Source: an uncultured bacterium (GTDB lineage Bacteria; Bacillota_I; Bacilli_A; RFN20; CAG-826). Taken from it: DNA of 64,000 bases. Within the stretch, counting starts at the first letter, position 1. Each line of letters opens with the position of its first letter. Under the pieces are notes generated by a model. That model worked only from the letters and a program-made list of their open reading frames with translations. It did no database searches and was not told where the DNA came from. The position numbers were made by a program, and so were the translations under genes. Where the stretch lies: NCBI GenBank assembly GCA_949283025.1, contig CASDRB010000008.1, forward strand, positions 85-64,084, written 5' to 3'. Positions 1 to 10,061 of the stretch are shown here, piece by piece.

Positions 1-991
1 ATCCAGAAGTTGAAGGTCTGACACTATCGACTAATCCTGCAATTCCACCGACGTAAGTGAATCCTGAAATATACCCATTATTTGTATTATATTTAAACGA
101 TTCCGATGCGGCTGAGATAGTAACTTTTCCTACAATACCACCAACATTTTTATATGATGTGATAGTTGCGTCATTAACATTATTAAAGATTTTTGTGGAA
201 TTGGATAGTCCAATTAATCCACCTACATTATTTGAATATTCGCTACTTATGCTACCGCTAACTCTACAATCGCTTATTTCGCCATTGTTTGTTCCAACAA
301 TAGCTCCAACGTTATTGGCACTACCAGAACCAGAAATATTCACGTTGTCTATCACTAAATTAGAAATTTTTCCATTTAATACGCTAATAAGACCAACATT
401 ATCCTTAGATTTAATACTTAATTTTAATCCAGAAATCTTATAACCGTTGCCATATAATTCACCATTAAAGGTTTCTATTGGTTCCCACGAAGAAAGTAGA
501 CCCATATTTATATCATTATTCAAATAAAATATCTTATCTGAACCAGATATATTTTTTAGGTCTTCTTCATTATTAATCAAATAATGTACAGATACAGTTA
601 AAATATTAGATATCAAATCGCCTTTATTGTCATCGTGATTATAGTTATGATTGCACATTTTCGCCCAAAAGGATAAATTGTCACCATTTTGAACTTCATA
701 TTCAAAACTTGCAACACCACTACTAAGACGTGTTGATGTTTTACCAATAGTAACAAAATATTCAAGGTCTTCCAAAGAGTAGGTTGAGCCAGTATAGTTA
801 TAATTTAATTCAACATAATCACCCACTGCCACACTATTCTTGTCTGCGGTAATTGTCAATTCGCCTATTTTAGATGAATCATTATCGTTGTTGTTATTTC
901 CACCACCAAATAAGCCAAAGCAACTACACAAAGATGAAGCAAACAGCAAAAAGGCAGAACTTATTATTGCAAATTTAAATATTTTTTTCAT
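1..991 (-). CDS. Surface lipoprotein with GLUG-type repeats, N-terminal part (3' end lies beyond the window start)
   Basis: Absent from the ORF track because it is open at the window edge. Manual minus-strand translation from ATG 991..989 gives MKKIFKFAIISSAFLLFASSLCSCFG (signal peptide plus lipobox Cys). This is followed by FNGELYGNGYKISGL and reiterated NVGGLIG / NVGGIVG / YVGGIAG motifs. No in-frame stop was seen down to base 1. Confidence 0.7.
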   Translation of the reverse strand, partial: MKKIFKFAIISSAFLLFASSLCSCFGLFGGGNNNNDNDSSKIGELTITADKNSVAVGDYVELNYNYTGSTYSLEDLEYFVTIGKTSTRLSSGVASFEYEVQNGDNLSFWAKMCNHNYNHDDNKGDLISNILTVSVHYLINNEEDLKNISGSDKIFYLNNDINMGLLSSWEPIETFNGELYGNGYKISGLKLSIKSKDNVGLISVLNGKISNLVIDNVNISGSGSANNVGAIVGTNNGEISDCRVSGSISSEYSNNVGGLIGLSNSTKIFNNVNDATITSYKNVGGIVGKVTISAASESFKYNTNNGYISGFTYVGGIAGLVDSVRPSTSG

Positions 992-1005
992 AAACGTACC
1001 ATTCT

Positions 1006-3858
1006 TTATTGATATTTAACAGAGACTTCAGTCGATAAATTTGAATCTAATAAATAAACACCATTTGAATTAAAAGTCATTCCAAGTGCTTGGACTTGAA
1101 CTTTATATGTTCCTCCAACGGTCGTCATTACATAAGAATACTTAATCGTTTCTTCGTCTTCGCTGATAATATTATTTCTTTCTATGCCACCAACAAACAT
1201 TTTATATCCGGTAGCATAATTTTGTTTTTTAATAGTCACAATAATTTCATTGCCATTAGTCTCGACTTTAAATGCATTTGAATTAGTCAAAGAATTATCT
1301 AAGACTGGTTGAGATAATCTCGAAACATTTTGAGCGAACGAATACACATCTGAATCAGCGATAGTAATCCCATCACCTACAGCACGTACACTTACCTCAA
1401 ATTGACCTTCGCTAGTAAATGTTGGCTTATATGAATTAGTTTTAACTAAAGTCCATGTAGCGTCTTTGCTCAGTTTAATTTCATATCCATCTGCTCCAAC
1501 GACTGGATCCCATGTAAATGTGTCACCATTTTTGACAAAGTTAGTTATTTTATCAAGTTTAGTAAAAGTAAATGTATCAGATGAAGGAGAATTAATTGTC
1601 GATACATAATCTCCTAACGCAACAACAGAGACAGAATATGTGCCTGGTTCAAAATTTGATAATGAATATGAGGTGCCTGTTACGTTTACATCTTTGCTAA
1701 TACCATTATTTGCGATTGTTAATTTGTATGAATTACAATTAATCGAATTCACTGATGATGAATTCCATACAAGATTATCACCCATAATTTTAAGATTGGA
1801 AGGTCTTGTATATTTACTATAAGTTTTTGTATTAGACACATCTGAATCAATGATGTTAGAACCATTTCCAATTGCATAAACACTTATTTGTGTGCCAAAA
1901 CCTTCTGAAATATAACTTTCATAACCTAATAAATTAAATTGGTTTGTGTCAGTGTTAAATGTTTCTGTACCTAAAATTACTTTATACGCCGTAGCACTAG
2001 GTACCATATCCCAGGTCAATAATCCATTAGATATAATAAGATTTGTCGGTGTTGCTAATTTTTTAACTGACAACTCATTTGAAAAACCACTTGTAATCAC
2101 ATCTTCCCCATTTCCCATTGCTTGAATAAAAATGGAGTGAGTTCCTGCTGATAAATCAGTTAGCGTATATGATGTTGTAGTAACTTCGGTTCGTTTTCCA
2201 TCAATTGTTAAAACATATTTGCTAGTATTATTGACAGAATCCCATGAAATTTCGTTTCCATTAATCATTAAATTTTGTGGGGTAGCTAATTTTTTTACAT
2301 TGAATTCTAATGGATTAATTGTATCTAAAATTGCACCTCTGTCATTAACGCCACCAATAGCAGTGATTTTAAAATTCACAACAGATTCTTCAGCTTTACT
2401 AGTCATTTTTGACAAGTCAACAGAGAATGTTGTGCTATTTGTTGTTGATGCTATTTCAACATCATCAGCAAACAATTTATACCCAGAAGCCCCAACAACA
2501 GGATTAAATGATATTGAAACTTGGTTTTGTTCTAAAGGTCTATTTGTAATAAGAGGATTAGAAGGCGTTGATAAGCGTTTAACAGAATATGGATTGCTCC
2601 ATCTTGATTCGTATATACCACCAATACCTAACGTGGTGGCTTTAACATAAACTAAGTAATCTCCAGAATCTTCAAAAGGATAATTGTATACAAATGTTTC
2701 TTGACCTACAGACGTTGTGAAAATTACTCCGCCAGATTTTTCTATTTTTAACGAATAACCAGCAGCACCACTAACTTGATTCCAGCGAATAACACCATCA
2801 GAAAATGAAACAACCGGACTTCTTAAAATATTAACAGTTATCTCATTGGACCAATGTGAAAAGTAAAAATCGCCCGAACCTAAAGGAAGAATCTGAATTC
2901 GATAACTTTGCCCGCTAGCTAATGCATCGTATTCATTTTCAACAAGTTCCTCATCTTGAATGATACCATTAATTTTTATTTTATATTTAACAGCATTTTC
3001 AGGGGCAGACCAAACAAGTTTTCCATCAACTACATCTAAATTTTCGATTGGAGCGATATATTGATAAGTTTTCTTTTCAGACCAAACCGAATCATAAATA
3101 CTTTGTTCTATATTTCCAATAGCTTTAAGACTAATATCGAAATCTTCATCGCCGGCAACATAATCATATTCATTTTTATTTGTTTCATATTCAAAATTAC
3201 CTATTTTTATGACATATGATGTCGCACCTTCAACACGATCCCAAGTAAAAGTTTCTGAATCATATTTTAAATTTTCAACAGATTTTAATATACTTCCAGT
3301 TAAGGCTTCGCTCCAAATAGAATAATATGGATTATTTCCATTAGTAATTTCGGTATTAGTTTTGATACCTCTAACTTGATATTTAAAATCTCCAGGGCTA
3401 GTTTCATAAGAATTTGTTCCAACAAAAGACGTTACAATATCACCGTTATAAAGTATTTGATATTTATCTGCTTCGTCAAGCAAATCCCATTTCAATAAAC
3501 CGTTTTCAATTTTTAATCCAGTAACTTGACCAATGTTTTCAAAATTGATGGTGTAAGATGGGTTTTTATCACTATTTTCTTTAATGACAGCCTCTACAAA
3601 AAATTTAAAATCCAATCCTTTAGAATCGTATTGAACTGTTATTTTGCCATCATTTTGTGAAATGAGTTGTTCGGCACCATCATCAATCCTATAAATATAA
3701 TTTTTTGCATTCGAAACGCTTTCCCATGAAATGGTTGTGCCGTCGTATGTCAAATTCTCAATGTATTTTTCTCCTTCAAACACGTCGCAAGACGAAAATG
3801 TTGTTAAACACATCAAGCCGACAAACGCAAACATTGAATTTAAAAATTTGTTTTTCAT
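1006..3858 (-). CDS. Surface lipoprotein built of about 10 tandem Fn3-like modules
   Basis: Based on ORF 1006..3924. The start is trimmed to ATG 3858, which has an AGGAG RBS at 3866..3870. The N-terminus MKNKFLNSMFAFVGLMCLTTFSSC is a lipoprotein signal. There are ~85-90 aa repeats, each with a W-x-x-V-x-x-A-x-x-Y signature (ISWESVSNAKNYIY, FTWDRVEGATSYVI, IRWNQVSGAAGYSL, ISWDSVNNTSKYVL, FTWDPVVGADGYEI and others). Confidence 0.8.
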   Translation of the reverse strand: MKNKFLNSMFAFVGLMCLTTFSSCDVFEGEKYIENLTYDGTTISWESVSNAKNYIYRIDDGAEQLISQNDGKITVQYDSKGLDFKFFVEAVIKENSDKNPSYTINFENIGQVTGLKIENGLLKWDLLDEADKYQILYNGDIVTSFVGTNSYETSPGDFKYQVRGIKTNTEITNGNNPYYSIWSEALTGSILKSVENLKYDSETFTWDRVEGATSYVIKIGNFEYETNKNEYDYVAGDEDFDISLKAIGNIEQSIYDSVWSEKKTYQYIAPIENLDVVDGKLVWSAPENAVKYKIKINGIIQDEELVENEYDALASGQSYRIQILPLGSGDFYFSHWSNEITVNILRSPVVSFSDGVIRWNQVSGAAGYSLKIEKSGGVIFTTSVGQETFVYNYPFEDSGDYLVYVKATTLGIGGIYESRWSNPYSVKRLSTPSNPLITNRPLEQNQVSISFNPVVGASGYKLFADDVEIASTTNSTTFSVDLSKMTSKAEESVVNFKITAIGGVNDRGAILDTINPLEFNVKKLATPQNLMINGNEISWDSVNNTSKYVLTIDGKRTEVTTTSYTLTDLSAGTHSIFIQAMGNGEDVITSGFSNELSVKKLATPTNLIISNGLLTWDMVPSATAYKVILGTETFNTDTNQFNLLGYESYISEGFGTQISVYAIGNGSNIIDSDVSNTKTYSKYTRPSNLKIMGDNLVWNSSSVNSINCNSYKLTIANNGISKDVNVTGTSYSLSNFEPGTYSVSVVALGDYVSTINSPSSDTFTFTKLDKITNFVKNGDTFTWDPVVGADGYEIKLSKDATWTLVKTNSYKPTFTSEGQFEVSVRAVGDGITIADSDVYSFAQNVSRLSQPVLDNSLTNSNAFKVETNGNEIIVTIKKQNYATGYKMFVGGIERNNIISEDEETIKYSYVMTTVGGTYKVQVQALGMTFNSNGVYLLDSNLSTEVSVKYQ

Positions 3859-3883
3859 TTTAACACTCCTTAAATCTATAAAT

Positions 3884-5974
3884 TTATGAATTATAACTCC
3901 AAATTGGATAGATGTTCCAATCATCGTTGGTTAAATACATATTTAATACTTCAACAGTGTTATCTATGTATACAGCGAAATCACTTCCTACATTTTCAAA
4001 AACATCTATACCCAAAGCTGGAGGATTACATCTTAAAATAACTTTTTGCAAGTTTAAGCAATTTGCGAATGCACAATCTTTTATTTCACTAATGTACTTT
4101 GAAATAAAAACCTCATCCATATTAGAAAAAGAGAATGCATTGCTAGATATTCCAATAATTTTCTTTGCATTTATTATTTCTGGAATTGAAACAGAGTCAT
4201 CAGTTCCAAAATACTGTTTAATGTAATAACCATCAAAAGCCTCCTCGATTGCAAAATCACCATAAATATCTCCTAATGAGAAAATGCAATCGCTCAATTC
4301 TCTCCAATTTGTAGCTGTCTTATAATTAGAAATCATTGAAGAAGAAACATAAATACTAAAGGTGCTTGAGACATTTAAAAACACAGATGAATTTAAAATT
4401 GGAATAGAAGAAGTATAAATTAGCAACGCCTTTAAATTGGTACAATTAGAAAAAGCATAACTACCAATTACTAAATTGGTCGATGTGGTATTTATGGTGA
4501 CATTGATTAAATTTTTACACCCTTCAAACACATAATTCTCGATAGATGATATTCTTGAACCAATAACAATTTTTTCTATTTTAGAACCACTAAATGAATA
4601 TTCCATTAATTTGACAGTAGATTCATCGATTTCGTAATTTTTAGCCTCTTTTGCAGCAGGAAATTGCACTAAATATGTTGAATTAGCCAATTTATAATAC
4701 AAGACATCATCAATAGAAATATAATTTACATTATTCGGTTCTACATAAATTTTTTCTAGATTCACCATATTTTTAAAAGCGCCAGCCCCTATTAAATTGA
4801 CATTTTCTGGAATATTAATTTCTTTAATCGAAAAGCAATCAGAAAAGGATAAATCGCCAATTGTTTCTAAATAATATGAAAAATTAATTTCTAATAAACT
4901 GGAGCATCCAAAAAAGCACTTTTTTGGAATAGACTTTAACTTAATAGGAATATTAACTTTTTGTAAACTATAGCAATTTTCAAAAGTAGCTTCATCTAAA
5001 TTAATAATAGTTTGTGGCAACAAAATTTCAACGACAGAACTTGCTTCAATTTTTTCGATTTTGGTTATTTCTTTTCCAAAATATAAATCAGGTATGACTA
5101 ATTTTTGAGAATTTCCAGTATAAGACACAGAATATTCTTTGTCATTATTGATAGATTTAAAATTTAAGACATCAACGCTGCCATAAACAAATTTGGCATA
5201 CAAAATTATATTTTTATCTTCGTTATCGCTAATTTTATACGGCAATTTAAGTTCATCAATCAAACTTTCATCAAAACACCAGGCGACAAAGCAATAATTA
5301 TTTTTTTTGCTAATAGGTAAATCGTGTATCGTATCACCAGTTTGATAAACTATAGAAGAAACAGGACTTCCGTCAGTGACAAAAGTTAAGGTAGTCGTCT
5401 TGGAAGTCCACCTAGCAAAAAGAGTAACGCTAATATCATTAATTGGATATATTGGCTCTTTAAAAAACTTGGCATCGTCAACAACTTCTCCCTTATTATC
5501 TGTAATTCGATTGCCGTTTATTTCATCAGTGAACCAACCATCAAAAGAATAGCCACTTTTCCCTGGAACAGGAAAAGTAGCAGTTACTTCTTGTCCATAT
5601 GTTATTTCCATCGAATTAATATGATTGTTAGATGTTGCTCCACAATAATCAAATTTAATTAAATAATCCTTGACTTCCCAATGTGCAAATAAATCTGTTT
5701 TATTTTCTTTTTTCCATATAAGACCAGCACTGTTGCCATTCGAATCAGTGTAGGCAGAACCACCATTTGAATCGGTATACCATCCCTTAAATGAATACCC
5801 AATTTTTGTTGCTGTACCAAAAGAATATTCTTCGTTTACCTTAACAGTAACAGCTCTAATGAATTCATTTCCATCATATAATTTTACACTTATTTTATCT
5901 GTGGAACACGACGATGATGAAGTCGAAAATAAAATTAGGCATAGCCCACATAATATTTTTTTAAATATTCTCAA
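3884..5974 (-). CDS. Surface lipoprotein with Listeria-Bacteroides (Flg_new) repeats and BspA-type leucine-rich repeats
   Basis: Based on ORF 3884..5998. The preferred start is TTG 5974, 8 nt after AGGAGG (5983..5988), giving MRIFKKILCGLCLILFSTSSSSC (lipobox). GYSFKGWYTDSNG and GYSFDGWFTDEING are Flg_new-type repeats. Many units of the form A-F-x-x-C-x-x-L-x-x-I/V-x-I/L-P are LRR_5-like. Confidence 0.8.
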   Translation of the reverse strand: MRIFKKILCGLCLILFSTSSSSCSTDKISVKLYDGNEFIRAVTVKVNEEYSFGTATKIGYSFKGWYTDSNGGSAYTDSNGNSAGLIWKKENKTDLFAHWEVKDYLIKFDYCGATSNNHINSMEITYGQEVTATFPVPGKSGYSFDGWFTDEINGNRITDNKGEVVDDAKFFKEPIYPINDISVTLFARWTSKTTTLTFVTDGSPVSSIVYQTGDTIHDLPISKKNNYCFVAWCFDESLIDELKLPYKISDNEDKNIILYAKFVYGSVDVLNFKSINNDKEYSVSYTGNSQKLVIPDLYFGKEITKIEKIEASSVVEILLPQTIINLDEATFENCYSLQKVNIPIKLKSIPKKCFFGCSSLLEINFSYYLETIGDLSFSDCFSIKEINIPENVNLIGAGAFKNMVNLEKIYVEPNNVNYISIDDVLYYKLANSTYLVQFPAAKEAKNYEIDESTVKLMEYSFSGSKIEKIVIGSRISSIENYVFEGCKNLINVTINTTSTNLVIGSYAFSNCTNLKALLIYTSSIPILNSSVFLNVSSTFSIYVSSSMISNYKTATNWRELSDCIFSLGDIYGDFAIEEAFDGYYIKQYFGTDDSVSIPEIINAKKIIGISSNAFSFSNMDEVFISKYISEIKDCAFANCLNLQKVILRCNPPALGIDVFENVGSDFAVYIDNTVEVLNMYLTNDDWNIYPIWSYNS

Positions 5975-6043
5975 ATCATTATCCTCCTTATACAACAAAA
6001 TAGATCTAGATAAGACCTAGACCTAAAAGGTATAATAAGAATA

Positions 6044-6071
6044 ATATTACCCCCCCCCCGCATTTTTGCGA
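6044..6071 (-). promoter_or_regulatory. Putative sigma-70 promoter of the lipoprotein operon with the G10 tract in its spacer
   Basis: The minus strand reads TCGCAA (6071..6066), then a 16 nt spacer AAATGC+G10, then TAATAT (6049..6044). This sits about 70 nt upstream of start codon 5974. Confidence 0.4.
6050..6059. repeat. C10 (G10 on the minus strand) homopolymer
   Basis: Ten consecutive C read directly at 6050..6059, in otherwise AT-rich intergenic DNA, 76 nt upstream of the lipoprotein operon start codon. Confidence 0.95.
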
Positions 6072-6187
6072 GAAGAGAGCAAGGTTTCTAAATCAATGTT
6101 ATTTTTACATTTTTTTATATTAAAATCAATATATAGTGTAAATGAAACTTTACATTTCAAACAATATAATATCGATAAAATTTTTAT

Positions 6188-6264
6188 TGGCACCCCAAGT
6201 AGGAATCGAACCCACAACCCTCAGATTCGAAGTCTGATACTCTATCCAGTTGAGCTATTGGGGC
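6188..6264 (-). tRNA. tRNA-Arg (anticodon TCG)
   Basis: Manual cloverleaf: GCCCCAA acceptor, anticodon stem TCAGA/TCTGA, loop CTTCGAA, T-loop GGTTCGATTCC, encoded CCA. The 1-72 pair is G-U. Confidence 0.85.
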
Positions 6265-6339
6265 ATACAATATATTATAATTAATTAGAATTAAAAACAA
6301 AGTGTTATTATTTAAAATAACAAAAATATTTGTTATGAT

Positions 6340-7464
6340 ATGAACATGGAAAAATATCAAAACGGCAATTGTTTAGTAAATCTATCAAATTCCATACTGA
6401 AGCGTTTCAAAGTCAATACATTTCATCCTAGCATCAAAAAAATTGATGATTTACTAATTAACCATAAAAAAATTGCCCTATTTCTTTTTGATGGCATGGG
6501 AAAAAACGTTTTAGACCTTCACAATTTAGAATCAAAAGATTTAAACAAAAATGTTTTTACTACTATCACATCTATAAATCCTCCCACCACTGTCGCTGCT
6601 ACAACTGCATTATTAAGTGGAAAATGGCCTTGTGAAACTGGCTGGTTAGGTTGGTCATTACCTTTTTATGATTTAAAAAGAATAATAAATGTTTTCCAAA
6701 ATGTCGATTCTATAACTGATGAAGTCATACCAGGACCAAACATTATGGAAAAAAGAGCAGGATATTCTAATATTATTGAATTAATTAATAAACAAAATCA
6801 TAAAGAAATTGCCTTTCAAATTAAAGAATATCCAATTGATTTAGATGGTCCAAAAACTTTAGCTGAATTGTTTTGTTTAGTTTCAAATAAATTTAAAGAA
6901 TTAGATGAAGGATTTGTTTATGCTTACTACACAAATCCTGACCATGACGCTCATGAGTTTGGCATCGACTCCAAAGAGGTTAAAAACCATGTTAAAAATA
7001 TAAATGATGGTTTAGTCAAATTCGCCAAAGAAAATCCAGATTTATTAGTATTAGTTATCGCCGATCACGGACATATTAATGTCACAAATAAATATTTAAG
7101 TGATTATCCAGATATTGTTGATTTATTACAGCACCCTATTTGCATTGAAGGCAGATGTGCTAGTTTTAAAATTAAACACGGCAAACACAATCAATTCAAA
7201 TTCTTATTTAAAAAGTATTTTGGTGATGATTTTGAATTATTTACAAAAAATCAAATCATCAAGAATAAGTTATTTGGTGATGCTGAATTATCTCCATTGG
7301 CTTATTCTTTTATCGGCGATTATGTCGCAGTTGCAATTAACGATGTGATTTTAATAAATAAATACGAACCTCATGTATTCAAAGGTCATCATGCTGGTGG
7401 TACAAAAGACGAATTATATATTAATGTCATTGCGTTTAACAAAGGAGACACAAATGAAATATAA
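6340..7464 (+). CDS. Alkaline-phosphatase superfamily protein (type I phosphodiesterase / nucleotide pyrophosphatase-like)
   Basis: Motifs FLFDGMGKN, NPPTTVAATTALLSGKWP and VIADHGH are typical of the metal-dependent phosphodiesterase fold. Confidence 0.65.
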   Translation: MNMEKYQNGNCLVNLSNSILKRFKVNTFHPSIKKIDDLLINHKKIALFLFDGMGKNVLDLHNLESKDLNKNVFTTITSINPPTTVAATTALLSGKWPCETGWLGWSLPFYDLKRIINVFQNVDSITDEVIPGPNIMEKRAGYSNIIELINKQNHKEIAFQIKEYPIDLDGPKTLAELFCLVSNKFKELDEGFVYAYYTNPDHDAHEFGIDSKEVKNHVKNINDGLVKFAKENPDLLVLVIADHGHINVTNKYLSDYPDIVDLLQHPICIEGRCASFKIKHGKHNQFKFLFKKYFGDDFELFTKNQIIKNKLFGDAELSPLAYSFIGDYVAVAINDVILINKYEPHVFKGHHAGGTKDELYINVIAFNKGDTNEI

Positions 7465-8101
7465 AGCTTTATTTTTAGATTTAGATGGAACAATTTTAGA
7501 CACTTTAAAAGATATCAGTGAGGCTGTTAATTATTCTTTAAAAGTGCATAATCTTTGCCTTAAAAGCGATGATGAAATTGTCAGTTTTTTAGGCAAAGGA
7601 TCTTCTTATTTAATTTCAAATTCAATAGGAAAAAATGCCAATGATAAAGCATTGTTTGACGATGTATTTAAAGTTTATAAACAGTATTATTTGTCACACC
7701 CATCCGTATATACAAAACCATATGATGGTGTTTGCGAGGTATTGCTTAAATTTAAACAAAAAGGCGGCAAAATCGCCTTAATTTCTAACAAACCGCAAGA
7801 TATAGCAATCAAATTATTAAATCAATTTTTCCCCAATACTTTTGATGCCATATATGGGCAAATGGACCAAATTAAATCAAAGCCAGATCCGGAATCAATT
7901 AATTTGGCACTAAAAGATTTAAATGTAAGTAAGAAGGATGTCTTATATATTGGTGATTCTTTAGTGGATTATCAAACTGCTTCAAACTCACAGCTTGATG
8001 TCTTGTTATGTTTATATGGTTTTGAAGAAAAGAGTAAATTATTAAAAACTAATGCGAATTGTATAAACACATTTAAAGAGGTTGAGGAATATATTTTATG
8101 A
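7454..8101 (+). CDS. HAD-superfamily phosphatase (phosphoglycolate phosphatase-like)
   Basis: Start trimmed to ATG 7454, after AAAGGAG. FLDLDGTILDT is HAD motif I, with SNK and GDSxxD motifs downstream. It overlaps the upstream stop codon. Confidence 0.8.
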   Translation: MKYKALFLDLDGTILDTLKDISEAVNYSLKVHNLCLKSDDEIVSFLGKGSSYLISNSIGKNANDKALFDDVFKVYKQYYLSHPSVYTKPYDGVCEVLLKFKQKGGKIALISNKPQDIAIKLLNQFFPNTFDAIYGQMDQIKSKPDPESINLALKDLNVSKKDVLYIGDSLVDYQTASNSQLDVLLCLYGFEEKSKLLKTNANCINTFKEVEEYIL

Positions 8102-8499
8102 ATGTTTTATTTTTCTTATTGCCAAAAGCAAACTGCGCATATATTGACGAGAGTTTTTCTTTAAGACAAACACTTGAAAAAATGGAATATCATCATTACT
8201 CATCTATTCCTTTATTAAGCAAAGACGGAAAGTATATTGGAACTGTATCAGAAGGTGATTTATTGTGGTTTATCAAAGATCATGATATGTCATTATTGGA
8301 TAGTGAAAAAATATCGATTAAAGATATTAAAAGGCAAAGGGATATAAAAGCTATTTCTATCAACAATGATATGAATGATTTAGTAAACTTGATTCTAAAT
8401 CAAAATTTTGTTCCCATCGTCGATGACAATCAAATATTTATCGGTATCGTTAGACGTAGTAGCGTCATCAATTATTTAGTCGAACAAGTAAAAAGATAA
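8098..8499 (+). CDS. CBS-domain protein
   Basis: 133 aa with two CBS-like halves (GTVSEGDLL.., IGIVRRSSVINYL). The start overlaps the upstream stop (ATGA). Confidence 0.65.
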   Translation: MNVLFFLLPKANCAYIDESFSLRQTLEKMEYHHYSSIPLLSKDGKYIGTVSEGDLLWFIKDHDMSLLDSEKISIKDIKRQRDIKAISINNDMNDLVNLILNQNFVPIVDDNQIFIGIVRRSSVINYLVEQVKR

Positions 8500-8501
8500 T
8501 A

Positions 8502-10055
8502 TCACATTAAAGGTGCGAATATACGCAATAGTGCCCACCACATTCTTTTAAAAATATTAGTGTGTTTAAAATCATTTAATGTCCATTGCTTTGATTGTTT
8601 AATAGACGACTCAAAGTCTTTTTTCATTTGCAAAATACTTTGATCATTATATAAAAATACGCCACATTCTAAATGTAAAAACAATGAGCGATAATCCAAA
8701 TTGGCTGTGCCAACCGTCCCAGTATTATCATCACAAATAAACATTTTTGAATGAACAAAACCTGGTGTATATTCATATATTTTCACACCTGCTTCTAATA
8801 AATTTTTATAATAACTTCTCGTCACAGAAAAAACGGTTTTTTTATCAGGAATTCCAGGAGTTAAAATAATGACATTTATGCCTTGTTTAGCTGATGTTTT
8901 AATTGCGTTTTCTAATTCTGGAGACAAAATTAAATACGGGGTCGTAATATATACATATTTTTTTGCTCGCATTAGAATGTGAATGTATATAGTTTCTGAA
9001 ACAGCTTCATAATCAAAAGGATAATCAGTATATGGTTGAACAAAGCCATTGCTTCTAGGCACAAATCCTAACTCAGAAGCATATTTTATATAATGAAAAT
9101 CGTTAAAATTTTCCACCGTATTATAACAAAAATCCCACATGCTTAAAAACATTGTTGTCATACCCCAAACCGCCTCGCCTTGGAGCATGATTGCATTATC
9201 TTTCCAATGTCCAAATCTAGTTTTTAAATTTACATATTCATCGGCAATATTTATTCCGCCAGTAAAACCAGTATGTCCATCGATAATTAATAATTTTCTA
9301 TGGTCGCGATTATTCATTTTAATATCTAAAAATGGTTTAAAGCGGTTATATGATACACATTTTATTCCTTTTCTTTCTAAATATTTAGGATAATTAGATG
9401 GCAATGTAGAAATAGAACCAAAATCATCATACATAATTCTTACATCGATACCTGCTTTTGCTTTTTTTATCAATAAATTTATGATTGAATCAAGCATTTT
9501 TCCTTCAGCCAAAATAAAATATTCTAAAAAAATGTAATGTTTAGCAGAGTTGATTTTATCTAGCATCACGGGCCAAGCATTATCCCCTAAAGGAAAATAC
9601 GTAGTTTTAGTATCGCCAAATAACGGGGTGCCAGAAGCATGAAATATATATTGAGCCATCCTAGCAACATCAGGTGAAATTTTGTCAATATATTGGATTG
9701 CTTTAGTATCATAACTAGCGTTTTGCAACGCTTCCATAATTGGCTTAATCTTTTTTTGTTGTCTTTTTGTAAACTTTTTATTGCCAAACATTAGATACGC
9801 AATTACTCCTAACATCGGGATAACGCCTATAAAAAACAACCAAGTTAATTTATAGGCGACATTTCCTTTAGTTGAAACAATATAAAGCATTAGAATAATT
9901 GCTAAAATTTCAAATACAACATAAAAAATTGTCGAAATCATCAAATTATAGTTAGAAAAAGAATAAATAAGACCAAATAAAAGAGTTAGTTCAATTAATA
10001 AAATTAAACAATTCCAAAATAATCTTGAAGTTATAAAACGATAAATTTTCCTCAT
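8502..10055 (-). CDS. cls: Cardiolipin synthase (PLD family)
   Basis: Two N-terminal TM helices and two HKD motifs (HRKLLIIDGHTGFTGGINI and HSKMFICDDNTGTVGTANLD). The first ATG is at 10055. Confidence 0.9.
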   Translation of the reverse strand: MRKIYRFITSRLFWNCLILLIELTLLFGLIYSFSNYNLMISTIFYVVFEILAIILMLYIVSTKGNVAYKLTWLFFIGVIPMLGVIAYLMFGNKKFTKRQQKKIKPIMEALQNASYDTKAIQYIDKISPDVARMAQYIFHASGTPLFGDTKTTYFPLGDNAWPVMLDKINSAKHYIFLEYFILAEGKMLDSIINLLIKKAKAGIDVRIMYDDFGSISTLPSNYPKYLERKGIKCVSYNRFKPFLDIKMNNRDHRKLLIIDGHTGFTGGINIADEYVNLKTRFGHWKDNAIMLQGEAVWGMTTMFLSMWDFCYNTVENFNDFHYIKYASELGFVPRSNGFVQPYTDYPFDYEAVSETIYIHILMRAKKYVYITTPYLILSPELENAIKTSAKQGINVIILTPGIPDKKTVFSVTRSYYKNLLEAGVKIYEYTPGFVHSKMFICDDNTGTVGTANLDYRSLFLHLECGVFLYNDQSILQMKKDFESSIKQSKQWTLNDFKHTNIFKRMWWALLRIFAPLM

Positions 10056-10061
10056 TGACAA

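Noticed and set aside
57-443. Plus-strand 128 aa ORF from the track
   Set aside because: It is antisense to the open minus-strand GLUG lipoprotein frame. It is low-complexity (P/L/I/T-rich) with no RBS or recognisable motif.
6066-6284. Plus-strand 72 aa ORF
   Set aside because: It overlaps the tRNA-Arg gene on the opposite strand and the promoter region. It has no coding features.
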